Source: Eledone cirrhosa (Eukaryota). Taken from it: a DNA stretch of 64,000 nt. Below are positions 1-14,859 of this stretch, piece after piece. The notes beneath the pieces are model-generated. The model did no database searches. It was not told the DNA's origin and was given only the letters and a program-made list of their open reading frames with translations. The number at the start of each line of letters is the position of its first letter. Position 1 is the stretch's first letter. The position numbers and the translations under genes are program-made. The DNA lies in assembly GCA_964016885.1 (NCBI GenBank), contig OZ024744.1, forward strand, positions 89,528,001 to 89,592,000, in the 5' to 3' direction.

Positions 1-439
1 ATTTAATTGTTAGTTAACCTATAAATTTAATTTAATTAATATTTTATTACAGATGAGAATATAAAATATTATGTAATCATAAATTGTGAAAAACCTTTAA
101 ATATTACTAATATATACTTAGTAATTTAATTTATAGATTAATTTTAACTTATTTAAACCTTTTATTATAATTCTTTTACAGATAAAATATAACAAAATAA
201 TATCGTGTATCCAATGACAGAGTAATAATTTTTAGTATTATAGACCTAATTAATATACATTTTAGAAATACATTTATTATTTGGTTTTAGTTTTAATCAA
301 CCTAAAATTTTAATTTTAATTTGCTTAAAATTAGTATCCTTATACAGACGAATTGCAGAATGTCATGTAATCATAGAATGGGATGTGTTTTGGATATATA
401 CCTAGTTAATATATTCTATGCAATTTTTTGAAAAAGATA

Positions 440-493
440 TGTATATGTATATGTGTATGTGTATGTGTGTGTGTGTATGTATATGTGTATGTA

Positions 494-544
<51 letters not shown>

Positions 545-1662
545 ATATATATGTATATATATATGTGTATGTTTATGTATATGTATGCGTATTAATTTTG
601 ATTTCTATTTGCATATAATTATATTATACTATTGATGAAATACAATATCTGCTTTATGTATTGTATACCTAACTAACATATACTATTGAAATAAATATAT
701 AATTTTTAATTTAGTTAACATATAATTTATATTCTACTACCGATGTAATACTTTATTTTATTTTTATTTGTGCTTTTTTTTCCCTATTACTAAATTCATT
801 TCCTAATATTGATACCATAACGTTATTAACTTTAATTTAATTATACTGTAATTAATAATCTACTACTGTTTAACTTCAAAATTCTGCTTCAAATATTATA
901 AACCTAACTAATTTACACCTTAGAAGTCAATATGTTGACTATTTTTGGTTTAGTTAACATATGATTAATGGTATACTTATATATTTTGAGATGCATAGAT
1001 TTTGCCTTAGTTCTTGTTGGTTATGTTTCCTAACACTGAAAATATATAGGAACATACATTGGATAAAGATACGGAAAATATTTTATGTTTCTTGAAACAT
1101 ATATTTACTTTGATCCCCTTCTCCAAACCCCCCCTTTCCCCCATACTATTATCATCTGTATTTGTAAGCGTCTATGTATGAATATATATGTAGGTAGGTG
1201 TCTATATAGGTTTGGGTATTTATATCTAAATATAAAAATACATATATGCGCATGCAAATATGAATGTAAGATTGCGTGTGTATATATGAGTGTGTATATG
1301 TATGTATATATGTGTATATATGCATTATATATGTATGTGTATGTGAATGTGTGTACGTATATGTGTATGTATGTGTATATATGTGTATATATGTGTATGT
1401 ATGTATATATAGGAATATATATATGTATATATATATGTATATGTATATGCGTGTGTATGTATGTGTGTGTATGTGTGTTGTATATATATGTATGTCTCTC
1501 TATTTATATGTTTATCTTCGTATCTATGTGATATATGTGTGTGTGTGTGCATGTATGCATATGTATGTGTTTATGTGTATTTGTGTGTGTGTGTGTATAT
1601 ATGTGTATGTACACACACACACATATATATATATGTGAGTGTGTATATGTGTCTGTGTATAT

Positions 1663-1723
<61 letters not shown>

Positions 1724-1825
1724 TGTCTATGTGTGAATATATGTCTATATTCGTATGTGTGTATTTATGTATGTATATGTTTATATGTATGTATGTATGT
1801 GTATGTATGTATGTATATATATATA

Positions 1826-1864
<39 letters not shown>

Positions 1865-1983
1865 CTTCATTATTATAATATAACTTATGTGTATGTGTGT
1901 ATAAGTGAGGTTGTGTATGTGTATATAATATGTATATATATAAGTGTAAAAAAATATATATATATGTGCATGTCTGTTTTTTA

Positions 1984-2017
<34 letters not shown>

Positions 2018-2123
2018 CGTGTGTATATATATGTATATGTGGGTGTTTGTATGTGTATTTATGGTGGTATAAGTGTGTGGATATCTATGTGTATATATAT
2101 ATTTATATGTATGTATGAGTGTA

Positions 2124-2186
<63 letters not shown>

Positions 2187-2569
2187 GTGTATGTATGTGT
2201 ATATATATATCTCTATTAATGCGTGTGTGTATATATACATATGCCTTTTTATTATTATTTTTATTTGTATGTCTGAGTTTATGTGAGGTTGTAGTGGTTT
2301 TTTATGTATATACGCATATATGGATGGGTATGTATTTGTATATATGAGTATAAGTAAGTACATATGTATGTATGATTATATATCTAATTCTATGTATGAA
2401 TATACATGTATATATATATGTGTGTATGTAAGTTGTGTGTGTATGTATCTATATGTCTATGTGTGTGTATATATATATATATATATATGTATGTCGATGT
2501 GCGTATATGTACATGTATGTACATGTATGTGTGTGTGTATGCGTATGTATATTTAGATGTATGTGTATG

Positions 2570-2608
<39 letters not shown>

Positions 2609-2850
2609 ATATATATATATGGGTATATATCTTTATTATTTATTTTTTATATATATGTGTATGTGTGTATGTGTTGCGTGCGTGTGTGTGTATATATATA
2701 TCTTTATATATGTGTATGTGTATGTTCGTGTAGGTGTATGTGTGTGTATGACTGTATATGTATGTGTGTATGTGTGTATGCGTAAATATTTCTATGTGTG
2801 TGTACATGTATGTATGTGTATATATCTGTATGTGTATGTATATTATATTA
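440..2850. repeat. Compound (TA)n/(TG)n/(TATG)n microsatellite field
   Basis: Degenerate alternating dinucleotide tracts; the Y/I/C/V/M ORFs here are artefacts. Confidence 0.95.
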
Positions 2851-3415
2851 TATTTATTATATTTTATTGTTTTATTTTTTTATTTCTCTTAATTTATAGA
2901 TACATTTATATTAGGCAGTCTGCTCAGACAATTGAATACTGACCCTTCCCCCCCCCCTCCCACCTAATTTCTGTATCTTGATCTAAAAATGTGTGTACCA
3001 GTGTTTTATGTGAGTGAATTAATATCCATGTGCTTATGATTTTATATCCACATATATAAATGTGAGTGGGGGTGTGTGTGTGTTTGTATGTTCGTGGTTA
3101 TGTGTATATTTATGCATATACGCGCGTGTATGTGTGATTGTACTGATATGTGTGAGTATGAAAAAATATATTTATATACTTGATTTCATAAGTATCAATG
3201 CGCATCTTATCTGCGCATTGTAAGCTTGCAGAGACATTAACCTTGAAATTTTGTATTTGCATCCATCCTTTTAGTATGCGTATACAAATTATACATACAT
3301 TTTTGTAAGGGTTTTACATGTATATACACACACCAAACTGCATTTAACCCTTTGTGTTTTCATTGGTCAATTTTGAACTGAAATTTTGAATTGTTGTTAT
3401 TATCAATAAATATAC

Positions 3416-3570
3416 TTCATTATTTCTGAAGACGGCGTATATATGTGTTTGGTATGTATATTTAATCTTGATAATTTGTATAATTTTGTATAATTTTGTA
3501 CATAGATCTGTTGAATATGCATACCAATTCTAACACATATATATCCTAGAAACGATCGTTAAATAATGAA
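3416..3570 (+). ncRNA. Type I hammerhead ribozyme motif with 116-nt stem II, in a Penelope-pLTR-like remnant
   Basis: Stem I ttcattattt (3416-3425) / aaataatgaa (3561-3570), perfect 10 bp; core CTGAAGA (3426-3432); long hairpin 3433-3548; GAAA (3549-3552); palindromic cgatcg; GUU site at 3558-3560. Confidence 0.8.
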
Positions 3571-3755
3571 CTTTTTTTGTTTAATATAAGGAATTGTTTA
3601 TTCATTATTTGTTTAATATTTTATCTTGACTCTGTATACCGTTTATCTTTCACCGAAAGTGGTTTTTCATTACATCTCTTCTTTCCATGATATCCGGAAT
3701 ACATTGAGTTCTTCATACGGATTGGACACTACCGTAAACTCTTGGTAGATTTATC

Positions 3756-6807
<3,052 letters not shown>

Positions 6808-7245
6808 TTCGGTTGGCTGCCACTGGAAGAGCGACTAGCAGTAAACTACAACTTAGATGCTGTCAAGAACTCTATGACCGTGTGTCCTTACCGGACTGGT
6901 TGGGTGGGTGGGGCGACTTGCCTCGGTTAGTTTCGTTGTATTTTGGGGTAGTAGTTAGATGGTCAGCTTCCTTCACATTTGCGCCTGCGCAAAGCCTTGG
7001 AGGCGGATTGGGGCTCACAAGGGAACGGGCGAAGGCTTCAAGAACCCTCTTTATCCGTTCCTTTGTCGTTTCAATTTGGATTGCCTCAGGAACGTAACCT
7101 TATGTAAGAAGCTGTCTGATGATGTCATGGCACAGGGTGCACGGAATCGTGTGGTCACTGTCGTCATTGAAAAATGTATCACAGCATTAACAATAAAGGA
7201 CTTTAACATCTGAAACTACTTCGCATTTTCTTATTCGATATATAC
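6808..7245 (+). mobile_element. Non-coding Penelope-pLTR-like cassette next to (TA)n
   Basis: GC-richer island starting at the end of the TA array; contains a hammerhead motif, then AATAAA (7192-7197), and ends at a short TA run. Confidence 0.5.
7111..7185 (+). ncRNA. Type I hammerhead ribozyme motif (46-nt stem II)
   Basis: gctgt-CTGATGA-[tgtcatggcacag..gcacg gaat cgtgt..ctgtcgtcatt]-GAAA-aatgta-TC-acagc; stem I gctgt/acagc perfect; stem III imperfect. Confidence 0.7.
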
Positions 7246-7639
7246 TCCGTCATTCCTTTGTGGAAAAAGTATGTTGAGTGCTTGAATTGAATTATATATA
7301 TATGCCAACATTTTTAAGGATAATATAAATAAACAAGAACTGGGAGTTTACATAAACCAAATAGACAGGAAAAAAAAACAAGTAACAATTAACAATAAAT
7401 GAATAACAATATAATTCCCCAATGGGGTGGGGAGCATCACTCAGGGGTAGTTTGATCAGCACCACTGACCAAGGAGGTAGGATGTCAAGCAGCATACATC
7501 CCTCCTCTCACAAACTCCAGCACATAGCTAGACAAATGTCCTAGTCGGAGTTTCCAGCCCATCATCTTAAACGACTTTGAGGATAAAAATCAGTTAAGTT
7601 TGAAGGAGAGTAAGAAGTGATCCAACTCGCGAAGGGATG

Positions 7640-8075
7640 GATTTTCACCGGCCCTCGAGAACTAATGCCCAATGAGTTGTTTATTTTAAATTTATTGTAA
7701 TATGAGACGAGACTTTCAAATACAATAAAAGGCCTTTCTTCCTCAAATCTTCTTGATTCACTCTACCTAATGTCCACCACCAACTGGATGTGAATGCTTT
7801 GACAGCAGAAACACAATTAAAAATTGTGCTATGTATTTTAAAGATTTTTTAAACAAATGATTCCAACGCTGTCTCTAAATTGAATAACTGATGTTTTGCC
7901 ATTACTTCATTCATCTGTGGTTAATACAAATTATTTTAAAGTATAGTCAATACTTGTAATTACATTTTAGCTTGTGTAATTTTCCATAATCATTCTTTTA
8001 AGGCCTTCGTGCGGCCCACTTTCCGTCATTAATACTCGATCCGGCCCATGGAGGCAAAGAAGTTGCTTACCCGTG
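7640..8075. mobile_element. hAT-like non-autonomous DNA transposon remnant
   Basis: Subterminal cggccc/gcggccc motifs and an end resembling ..gttgcccacccctg (aagttgcttacccgtg). Confidence 0.4.
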
Positions 8076-8244
8076 ACGTACACCATCACCTACACATTTT
8101 CTCAGAGGCCCTTACGATTTTGCGATACAGTATAAAAATTTCTTATATTGTCCCAAAGACTCAAATTTTAAGAATGCATATAATCAATTAGATATATTGA
8201 TGTACTTCACTGGCTATATTCAGCATCGCATTAAATTTCTATTA

Positions 8245-8418
8245 CAGGTAAAATTCTGTTATAACGAATACCATTATAACGAATTTTTCAGTATAACGAA
8301 ATCTTTTTCAATCCTCGGTCACACGCTCGATGTGTTAGGTCGATCTCATTATAAAGAATTTTTCGTTACAACGAATATTTTTATAGCCCGTGAATTTCGT
8401 TATAACGGAATTTCACTG
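8245..8418. mobile_element. Tc1/mariner-pogo-type MITE
   Basis: TIRs caggtaaaattctgttataacgaa / ttcgttataacggaatttcactg, flanked by TA on both sides; internal tataacgaa repeats. Confidence 0.8.
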
Positions 8419-8421
8419 TAT

Positions 8422-8587
8422 AGGCACAAGACCAGCAATTTTGGGGAAAAGGAAAGTGGATTAAATCGACCCCAGTGCATTACTGGTATTTTATTCTATC
8501 GACCCCGTAAGGATGAAATGCAAAATTAATCTAGGTGGGATTTGAACTCAGAACGTAAAGGGCCGTAACTCTATGCTGCAAAGCATG
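8422..8587 (-). mobile_element. tRNA-derived SINE (dominant family)
   Basis: Reverse complement of B box gagttcaaatccc, central ttcatccttacggggtcgat..taccagt and tail cttgtgcct. Confidence 0.85.
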
Positions 8588-8785
8588 AATGGTAGAGCAT
8601 TGGATAAAATGACATTGCTGTTTTTGTTCTGGCTCTTTCTGTTCCGAGTTCAAATCCTACGAAGGTCAACTTATCTTTTTATCTTTTCGGGGTCGATAAA
8701 ACCTCTATCAATTACAGAGGTTTATTCATTCGGCTTTGCCCTTCCCCAGAGTTTGCTGGCCTTGTGCTTAAATTAGAAATAAATA
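8588..8785 (+). mobile_element. tRNA-derived SINE, older copy
   Basis: ggtagagc..gagttcaaatcc..ggggtcgataaa..ggccttgtgcttaaattagaaa. Confidence 0.8.
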
Positions 8786-8871
8786 TTAAATCCTATTTTA
8801 AAACAGAATTTTTAAACGGGACACCTATAGATTCGTTAGATGCGCAAGTAAATAGAAAAAGTGACTGTACT

Positions 8872-9915
8872 CAATGGTGGATTTATCATTGTGCTTAGGT
8901 GTGTACAGGGCCCCGTTTACCAGCAGGACCCATCTTCCTGCCATTTTTTTACAATGAATTTTTAAAATGTTTTACAAGTATAGGGCCTCATAACTTAACT
9001 AGCTCAGAGCCTCATTGCTTAACTAACACAATGCCTCGTTGCTTAACTAGCACAGGGCCTAATAACTTAACTAACACAGGGCCACATTACATAGCTAACA
9101 CAAGGCCTCATTACTTAACTAACACACGACCTCATAACTTAACTAACACACGACCTCATAACTTAACTAACACACGACCTCATAACTTAACTAATACAAG
9201 GCCTCATTACTTAACAGACACACGACCTCATAACTTAACTAACACAAGGCCTCATAACTTAACTAGCACAGGACCTCATTACTTAACTAACACAAGGCCT
9301 CATAACTTAACTAACACAGGGGTCCATTACTTAACTAACACAGGGCCTCATTACTTAACTAACGCAGGACCTCATAACTTAACTAACACACGACCTCATA
9401 ACTTAATTAACACAGGACCTCATAACTTAACTAACACAAGGCCTCATAACTTAACTGACACACGACCTCATAACTTAACTAACACGAGGCCTCATAACTT
9501 AACTATTACAAGGCCTCATTACTTAAATAACACACGACCTCATAACTTAACTAACACAAGGCCTCATAACTTAACTAACCCAGAGCCTCATTATTTAACT
9601 AACACAGGGCCTCATTACTTAACTAACACAGAGCCTCATTACTTAACTAACACAGGACCGCATTACATAACTAACACACGACCTCATAACTAACACACGA
9701 CCTCATAACTAACACACGACCTCATAACTTAACTAACACAAGGCCTCATTACTTAACTAACACACGATCTCATTACTTAACTAACACAGGGCCTGATTAC
9801 TTAAATAACACGCGATCTCATTACTTAACTAACACAGAGCCTCATAACTTAACTAACGCAAGGCCTCATAACTTAACTAACACAGGGCCCCCTTTGTCCT
9901 AAGTCCGACAGACTG
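8872..9915. mobile_element. Probable hAT-like MITE hosting the 24-bp minisatellite
   Basis: Degenerate TIRs caatggtggattta / taagtccgacagactg; acagggcccc motifs near both ends; no clear TSD. Confidence 0.4.
8980..9890. repeat. 24-bp minisatellite (about 37 units), consensus cctcataacttaactaacacaagg
   Basis: Direct tandem units; gives the (TNTRPHNL)n ORF 8899-9693. Confidence 0.97.
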
Positions 9916-10371
9916 TGCTGGTGGAGAAATAAATAGAAGTATTCCTTCACAAACACAGATTACACTCTTCTTGACAAAAACAGCAACAATTTTTCAACCG
10001 ATCGAAACAATTTTTCCTGAAAGATGTCAGAGATTCCGCTGATACGTACATAGCTATAAGATGGCCGACAGAGTCCAAATTAAAAAAAGAACAAGCCCTG
10101 ACTAAGTCAATGCCTTTTTTTTTCTTAATTTGTGTGTGTATGTGTGTATGCGTACGGGCATGTTTGTGTATATATGTGTGAGTGTGTGTGTGTGTGTGTG
10201 TGGTGTGTATGCCTATCTATGTGTGTGGGTGTGAGTATGTCTGTATGTGTATGAGTGTGCGTGTATGCGTGTGTGCGTGTTTGTATGTGCGTGCGTATGT
10301 GCGTGCGTGTATGTTTGTATGTGTGTATGTGTGTGCGTGCGCGCGCGCGTGTGTCCGTGTGTGTGTGTGTT

Positions 10372-10530
10372 TTAGAGTGCCAGGCAATATGCCCTGCAGT
10401 ATTTGTAACAATTTCTATGTTTCTGAGTTCAAATCTTGCGAGGTCAACTTCGTCTTTCATCCTTCCCAAGTTAATAAAATAAAATACCAGTCAAGAACGG
10501 AGTCGATGGCCTTGGGCCTAAATTAGAAAT
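10372..10530 (+). mobile_element. tRNA-derived SINE, diverged
   Basis: ctgagttcaaatc..ctttcatcctt..aaaataccagt..ggccttgggcctaaattagaaa. Confidence 0.75.
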
Positions 10531-10889
10531 ATAGCTGTTTCCTGCAACCTTTGATTGCGTAGAAAGAAGAAAAGTATCGAAACGTTATTGCGCGTGAGAG
10601 ATTTGAACTAACTTTATCAAATGGAAGCAATCTTATCAATTTAAAGGGAAATAATTCAAACTAAGTATTTAAGAGTTATTTCCCTTGATAAATGGCTAGC
10701 ACATGATAGATGTGTTTTTTAGGTATTTAACTATTCTTTCCCTATCGCTTTCCTTTTCCTTCGCTATTTAATTTTATTCTCTATCTTTTTCGTTGAAACA
10801 GTTATTGTTACCCTAATCCTAAACATAAGTAACTAATTCATTCATTGATAGTTTAGTAAGCGGGTGTTTGTTTAATTTTCATATTAATT

Positions 10890-11078
10890 AATTGTTTCTA
10901 CTTTTGGCACAAGGCCAGCAATTATTCCAGTGCATTACTGGTACTTTATTTTATCGACCCCGTAAGGATGAAAGGCAAAATTAACCTCAGCGGGATTTGA
11001 ACTAAGATCATAAAGGGCCGTAACTCTGTGCTGCAAAGCATGGCGTCCGATCCTCTACCGATACTGCCAATCCACCAA
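10890..11078 (-). mobile_element. tRNA-derived SINE, full length
   Basis: Reverse complement of A box tggcagtatcggtag, B box, central domain and tail. Confidence 0.9.
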
Positions 11079-11079
11079 T

Positions 11080-11335
11080 GAAGACGTACTCCACTAGATG
11101 CCAGTGTTTTGAGCTTGGGTGCATTCAAGTTTCTAGTTGGATGTCGAAAAGCTCAGTTGATGACAAGTAGCTCATGATATGTACATGCTTCCAGTAGCAG
11201 GAATCCATTGCATTCGGAGTAGCTAATGCCGTTCTAACCTATTACGCCCTTACAAGCAGAATAATCTGATCCAAACCTTGCGTTGAGATCTGCAAATACT
11301 ACTAGTTTAACGACTTTGGGAACATGAGGGACGTC
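11080..11335 (-). pseudogene. RTE LINE AP-endonuclease fragment
   Basis: Minus translation with stops and frameshifts: DLNARFGSDYSACKGVIG..NGFLLLEAC..MHPSSKHWHLVEYV, matching the RTE EN segment GDFNARVG..WMHPRSKHWHLIDYV. Confidence 0.7.
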
Positions 11336-12174
11336 AGTTTATATATATATTTGGTCCTTAAAAGATAAAAACATAAATTACGAAATTTCTTGGCGTAAAA
11401 TCTACAACGCATCTCCATACTCCAATGCTTCCATATCTAGTGTTTGTAATTTATGTCTAGTTGAAAAATTTACCATTATCTCGAATTTCAACACAATAAT
11501 AAATCGAAGAACCGATTTATTTGAATTTTGTAATCATAAATCCTAAAAGACCTTTCACAAAGTATATAGCTAATGTCCTATAACATATTCCACACGAGTC
11601 ACGGTTATCTTTACACATCTTTCATTATATTCTACAATGTATTAATTTGGTTTTCTCCTGATATATTAAGCCTTTGATCTTTTTTCTATAGCCTTAGATT
11701 TTCGCTCAAACCTTCGTAGATTTTGTAAACAAATTATGACGTCATATGTTTTTTTACGTTTATAAATAATTCTAGCAATTTCCTTTATTTACTTGTTGAT
11801 ATAAGATAGTATGTTGATTAAATAGTATACCTCACATATATAGAGTTTTACTAGAAATTATTAATTTTGACATAAATAGACTATTTTTATTTTTATTTTA
11901 TTTATAAAAATCTTTTTTTTTAATATATATTTTTTTTTATTTTATTTTATTTTATTTTATTTTATTTTATTTTTTTTATTTTATTTTATTAATATATTTT
12001 TACACTTCTTAATCCAATTTTTTTGTATTTAAACCCAATATAAAATAATATACCCAGTTTCTATATTTAGACCTCTAATATTTGAATACCATCTATAATA
12101 TTCGCACATACACCTCATCAATTTACTGTTTAACCGTTATTTACAGCTGTTTTCATTTTGACAGCGTTCCGGAT

Positions 12175-12238
<64 letters not shown>

Positions 12239-12528
12239 TCTCTCTCTTTCTTTCTCCCTCTCTCTCTTTCTCTCTCTCTCTTCCTTTATTTCTTCTTTAT
12301 TTTCCTTTTTTCTCTTTCTTTTTCCTTTTTCTCCTCTTCTTTCCTTTTCTTCTATTATCCTATCTATTTCTTACTATAGTATTAACACTTATATTTCTGT
12401 CATATGACTTTCCTGAAAACAAGTGCTATTATGCTTTTTGTATTCGAAATGCGCGTAATAAAATATATGGAACTCTTTTAACAATCTTTTAATTTCTTCT
12501 TTATTATATATATATATATTATTATTAT

Positions 12529-12616
<88 letters not shown>

Positions 12617-12700
12617 CTATATATTACTATATATTACTATATATTACTATATATATATATTACTATATATATATATTACTATATATATATATGTATATAT

Positions 12701-12889
12701 ATTAAAATAACAGATTAAAGTTTAAGCAAAGAATCGGTGTTTCAGAAGATCCCGTTAAGGGGGAAAGCAGCGATTCTTTGCTTAAACTTTAATCTGTTAT
12801 TTTAATAAATATTTGGTCTACTGTACATTTGTTATATATTTATCCTTATCGAGCCCTCTTTGGATTTTAATCTTCAAATTTATTATTAT

Positions 12890-12892
<3 letters not shown>
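12701..12892 (+). mobile_element. Fold-back pLTR-like cassette in (TA)n with a hammerhead remnant in the loop
   Basis: 36-bp perfect arms 12701-12736 / 12771-12806; loop has (a)GAAGA-tccc gttaa gggg-GAAA; the same family recurs at 36689-36810 and 37750-37800. Confidence 0.65.
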
Positions 12893-12975
<83 letters not shown>

Positions 12976-12986
12976 GTATATATATA

Positions 12987-13049
<63 letters not shown>

Positions 13050-13060
13050 GTATATATATA

Positions 13061-13261
<201 letters not shown>

Positions 13262-13380
13262 GAGATAATTGGTGTGTGATGCTTAAAGCGTCCGTATGCG
13301 GTAGGCCGTTTGAGCACTCGGTGCTCTTACAGCGTAGAGTATGATATCCCATTTGGAAACTCTGCTTCGAAATATCGAGA

Positions 13381-13474
13381 CGTATCTGAGGATCTTGCGA
13401 TTTCAGAGTCAGGTTCGATCATCGCATCGATCGTGCCTCAAGCTGATCGCCAGAGAAACGATTGTAAGATATCT
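13381..13474 (+). ncRNA. Type I hammerhead motif, 62-nt stem II, stem I damaged
   Basis: CTGAGGA (13386-13392); tct..gcgat..cag / ctg atcgc..aga; GAAA (13455-13458); cgattg-TA-agatatc. Stem I pairs only if 2 nt (ct) were lost. Confidence 0.6.
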
Positions 13475-13529
13475 AATACATTTTAATTCGTCGCACCACT
13501 GATTTTCCGTTTCTTATGTGATATGTATG

Positions 13530-13580
<51 letters not shown>

Positions 13581-13664
13581 GTATATATATGACAACACAC
13601 ACAAAAACAAGATGGTGTAGGACAGAACAAAGGAGAGGCACAAAACAAAGAGAAGAATCCCCAG

Positions 13665-13706
13665 TCACTGAAGAGGTCACAGAATGTGTGACGAAAGAAC
13701 ATATGA
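13665..13706 (+). ncRNA. Degenerate hammerhead motif
   Basis: tca-CTGAAGA-g-gtcaca gaatg tgtgac-GAAA-gaaca-TA-tga; perfect 6-bp stem II, weak stems I and III. Confidence 0.45.
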
Positions 13707-14147
13707 ACAACCGTCCGGTTGTGGAACCAACCAACCAACCGGAAATTTTTTAATTTCTTAAATTTATAAATTTAATTTATAATAAATTGGAGTGAAAGCA
13801 ACTGGCACGCGTGTGTTTCTTATTGGCAACATGACCCTCCCAAAGTATAACAATACATATATATATATATATGTATATATATATAAACGGAAAAAATGAA
13901 ACGAAATTTCATTTCCCACTCTTAGTACGGCTGTTACTTAAATATAAGTATGTACACGTACATACATATATGTATACAGACGTACAGTAGTATGTATATA
14001 TATACATACATGCACACATATATATATGTACGTATGGATTCACCGAACATTTATTATAACGCTCGGTGTGTTTGTAAACAAACATCCCGTATTAAGCCGT
14101 AGTGTCTAGCAACCATCGTTGCTCGTTTGTTCAACACTGACAAAGGA

Positions 14148-14190
14148 ACGCTGTACTAGTTTCAAGCTTATTAGCTATCGTCAGCAACGT
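14148..14190 (-). ncRNA. Minimal type I hammerhead ribozyme, core intact
   Basis: Minus strand reads acgttg-CTGACGA-t agct aata agct t-GAAA-ctag-TA-cagcgt; 6-bp stem I, palindromic ACTAGT, GUA site; AATAAA about 95 nt downstream, then microsatellite. Confidence 0.8.
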
Positions 14191-14239
14191 ATACCTTCCT
14201 GCCAGATTGTTGAACGTATATACTTACCTTATGCATATT

Positions 14240-14495
14240 AACAGCTGAGTAGCCCAATTTGCTCGGGTTATAGTGAGGGTGGGTTGCGCAATGTCCGCAG
14301 TCTCACTCTCTCGTCCCAGCATAATTCTTAACCAAGCGTTACTGGTAACATGTAATCCAGTACAACCTATCACACGGTTGTCGGCAACTAATCCGGCAAC
14401 TCCACCAAGTTTGCAGGATGAAAAACAAAGCCCGTCAAAGAGAAGAGGAACTCAGGAAATTCAACAGTCTTCCAATAGTTTGTTCATATATAGAT
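14240..14495 (+). mobile_element. Unclassified interspersed repeat; 14335-14475 related to 23835-24028
   Basis: Shares tactggtaacatgtaa.ccagta..gtcggc.actaa..ggcaa..ccaccaagttt with the reverse complement of 23835-24028. Confidence 0.55.
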
Positions 14496-14640
14496 ACATA
14501 TGTATGTGTGTGTGTGTGTGTTATTAGGTGAGTAACTTGTAGTTACTAGGGGCGACACTAATCGAATCACTTGATAGTGTTACTGTGTCCGTCTCTCGTT
14601 AGGTTGTACTCCAATTCTTATTGTCACCTTATACGCGCGC

Positions 14641-14758
<118 letters not shown>

Positions 14759-14823
14759 GTGTATATATATATCTCCAAATCCAGCCCCGCCTGTCCCCTC
14801 AATCTATCTTATTTCTCATTCTT

Positions 14824-14859
14824 TCTTCTGATGAAGAACTTGCGTCCGAAACGTTAAGA
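14824..14859 (+). ncRNA. Minimal Penelope-type hammerhead motif
   Basis: tctt-CTGATGA-a gaac ttgc gtcc-GAAA-cg-TT-aaga; one stem II mismatch. Downstream agcgtgaaactaataa tail is shared with the decayed copy at 19418-19535. Confidence 0.65.

Noticed and set aside
1-420. Possible decayed Penelope RT (YYNSF..NNIVY)
   Set aside because: Too AT-rich and degenerate to support by eye.
8980-9890. CRISPR-like or protein-repeat gene
   Set aside because: Contiguous units with no unique spacers; eukaryotic context; no splice or expression evidence.
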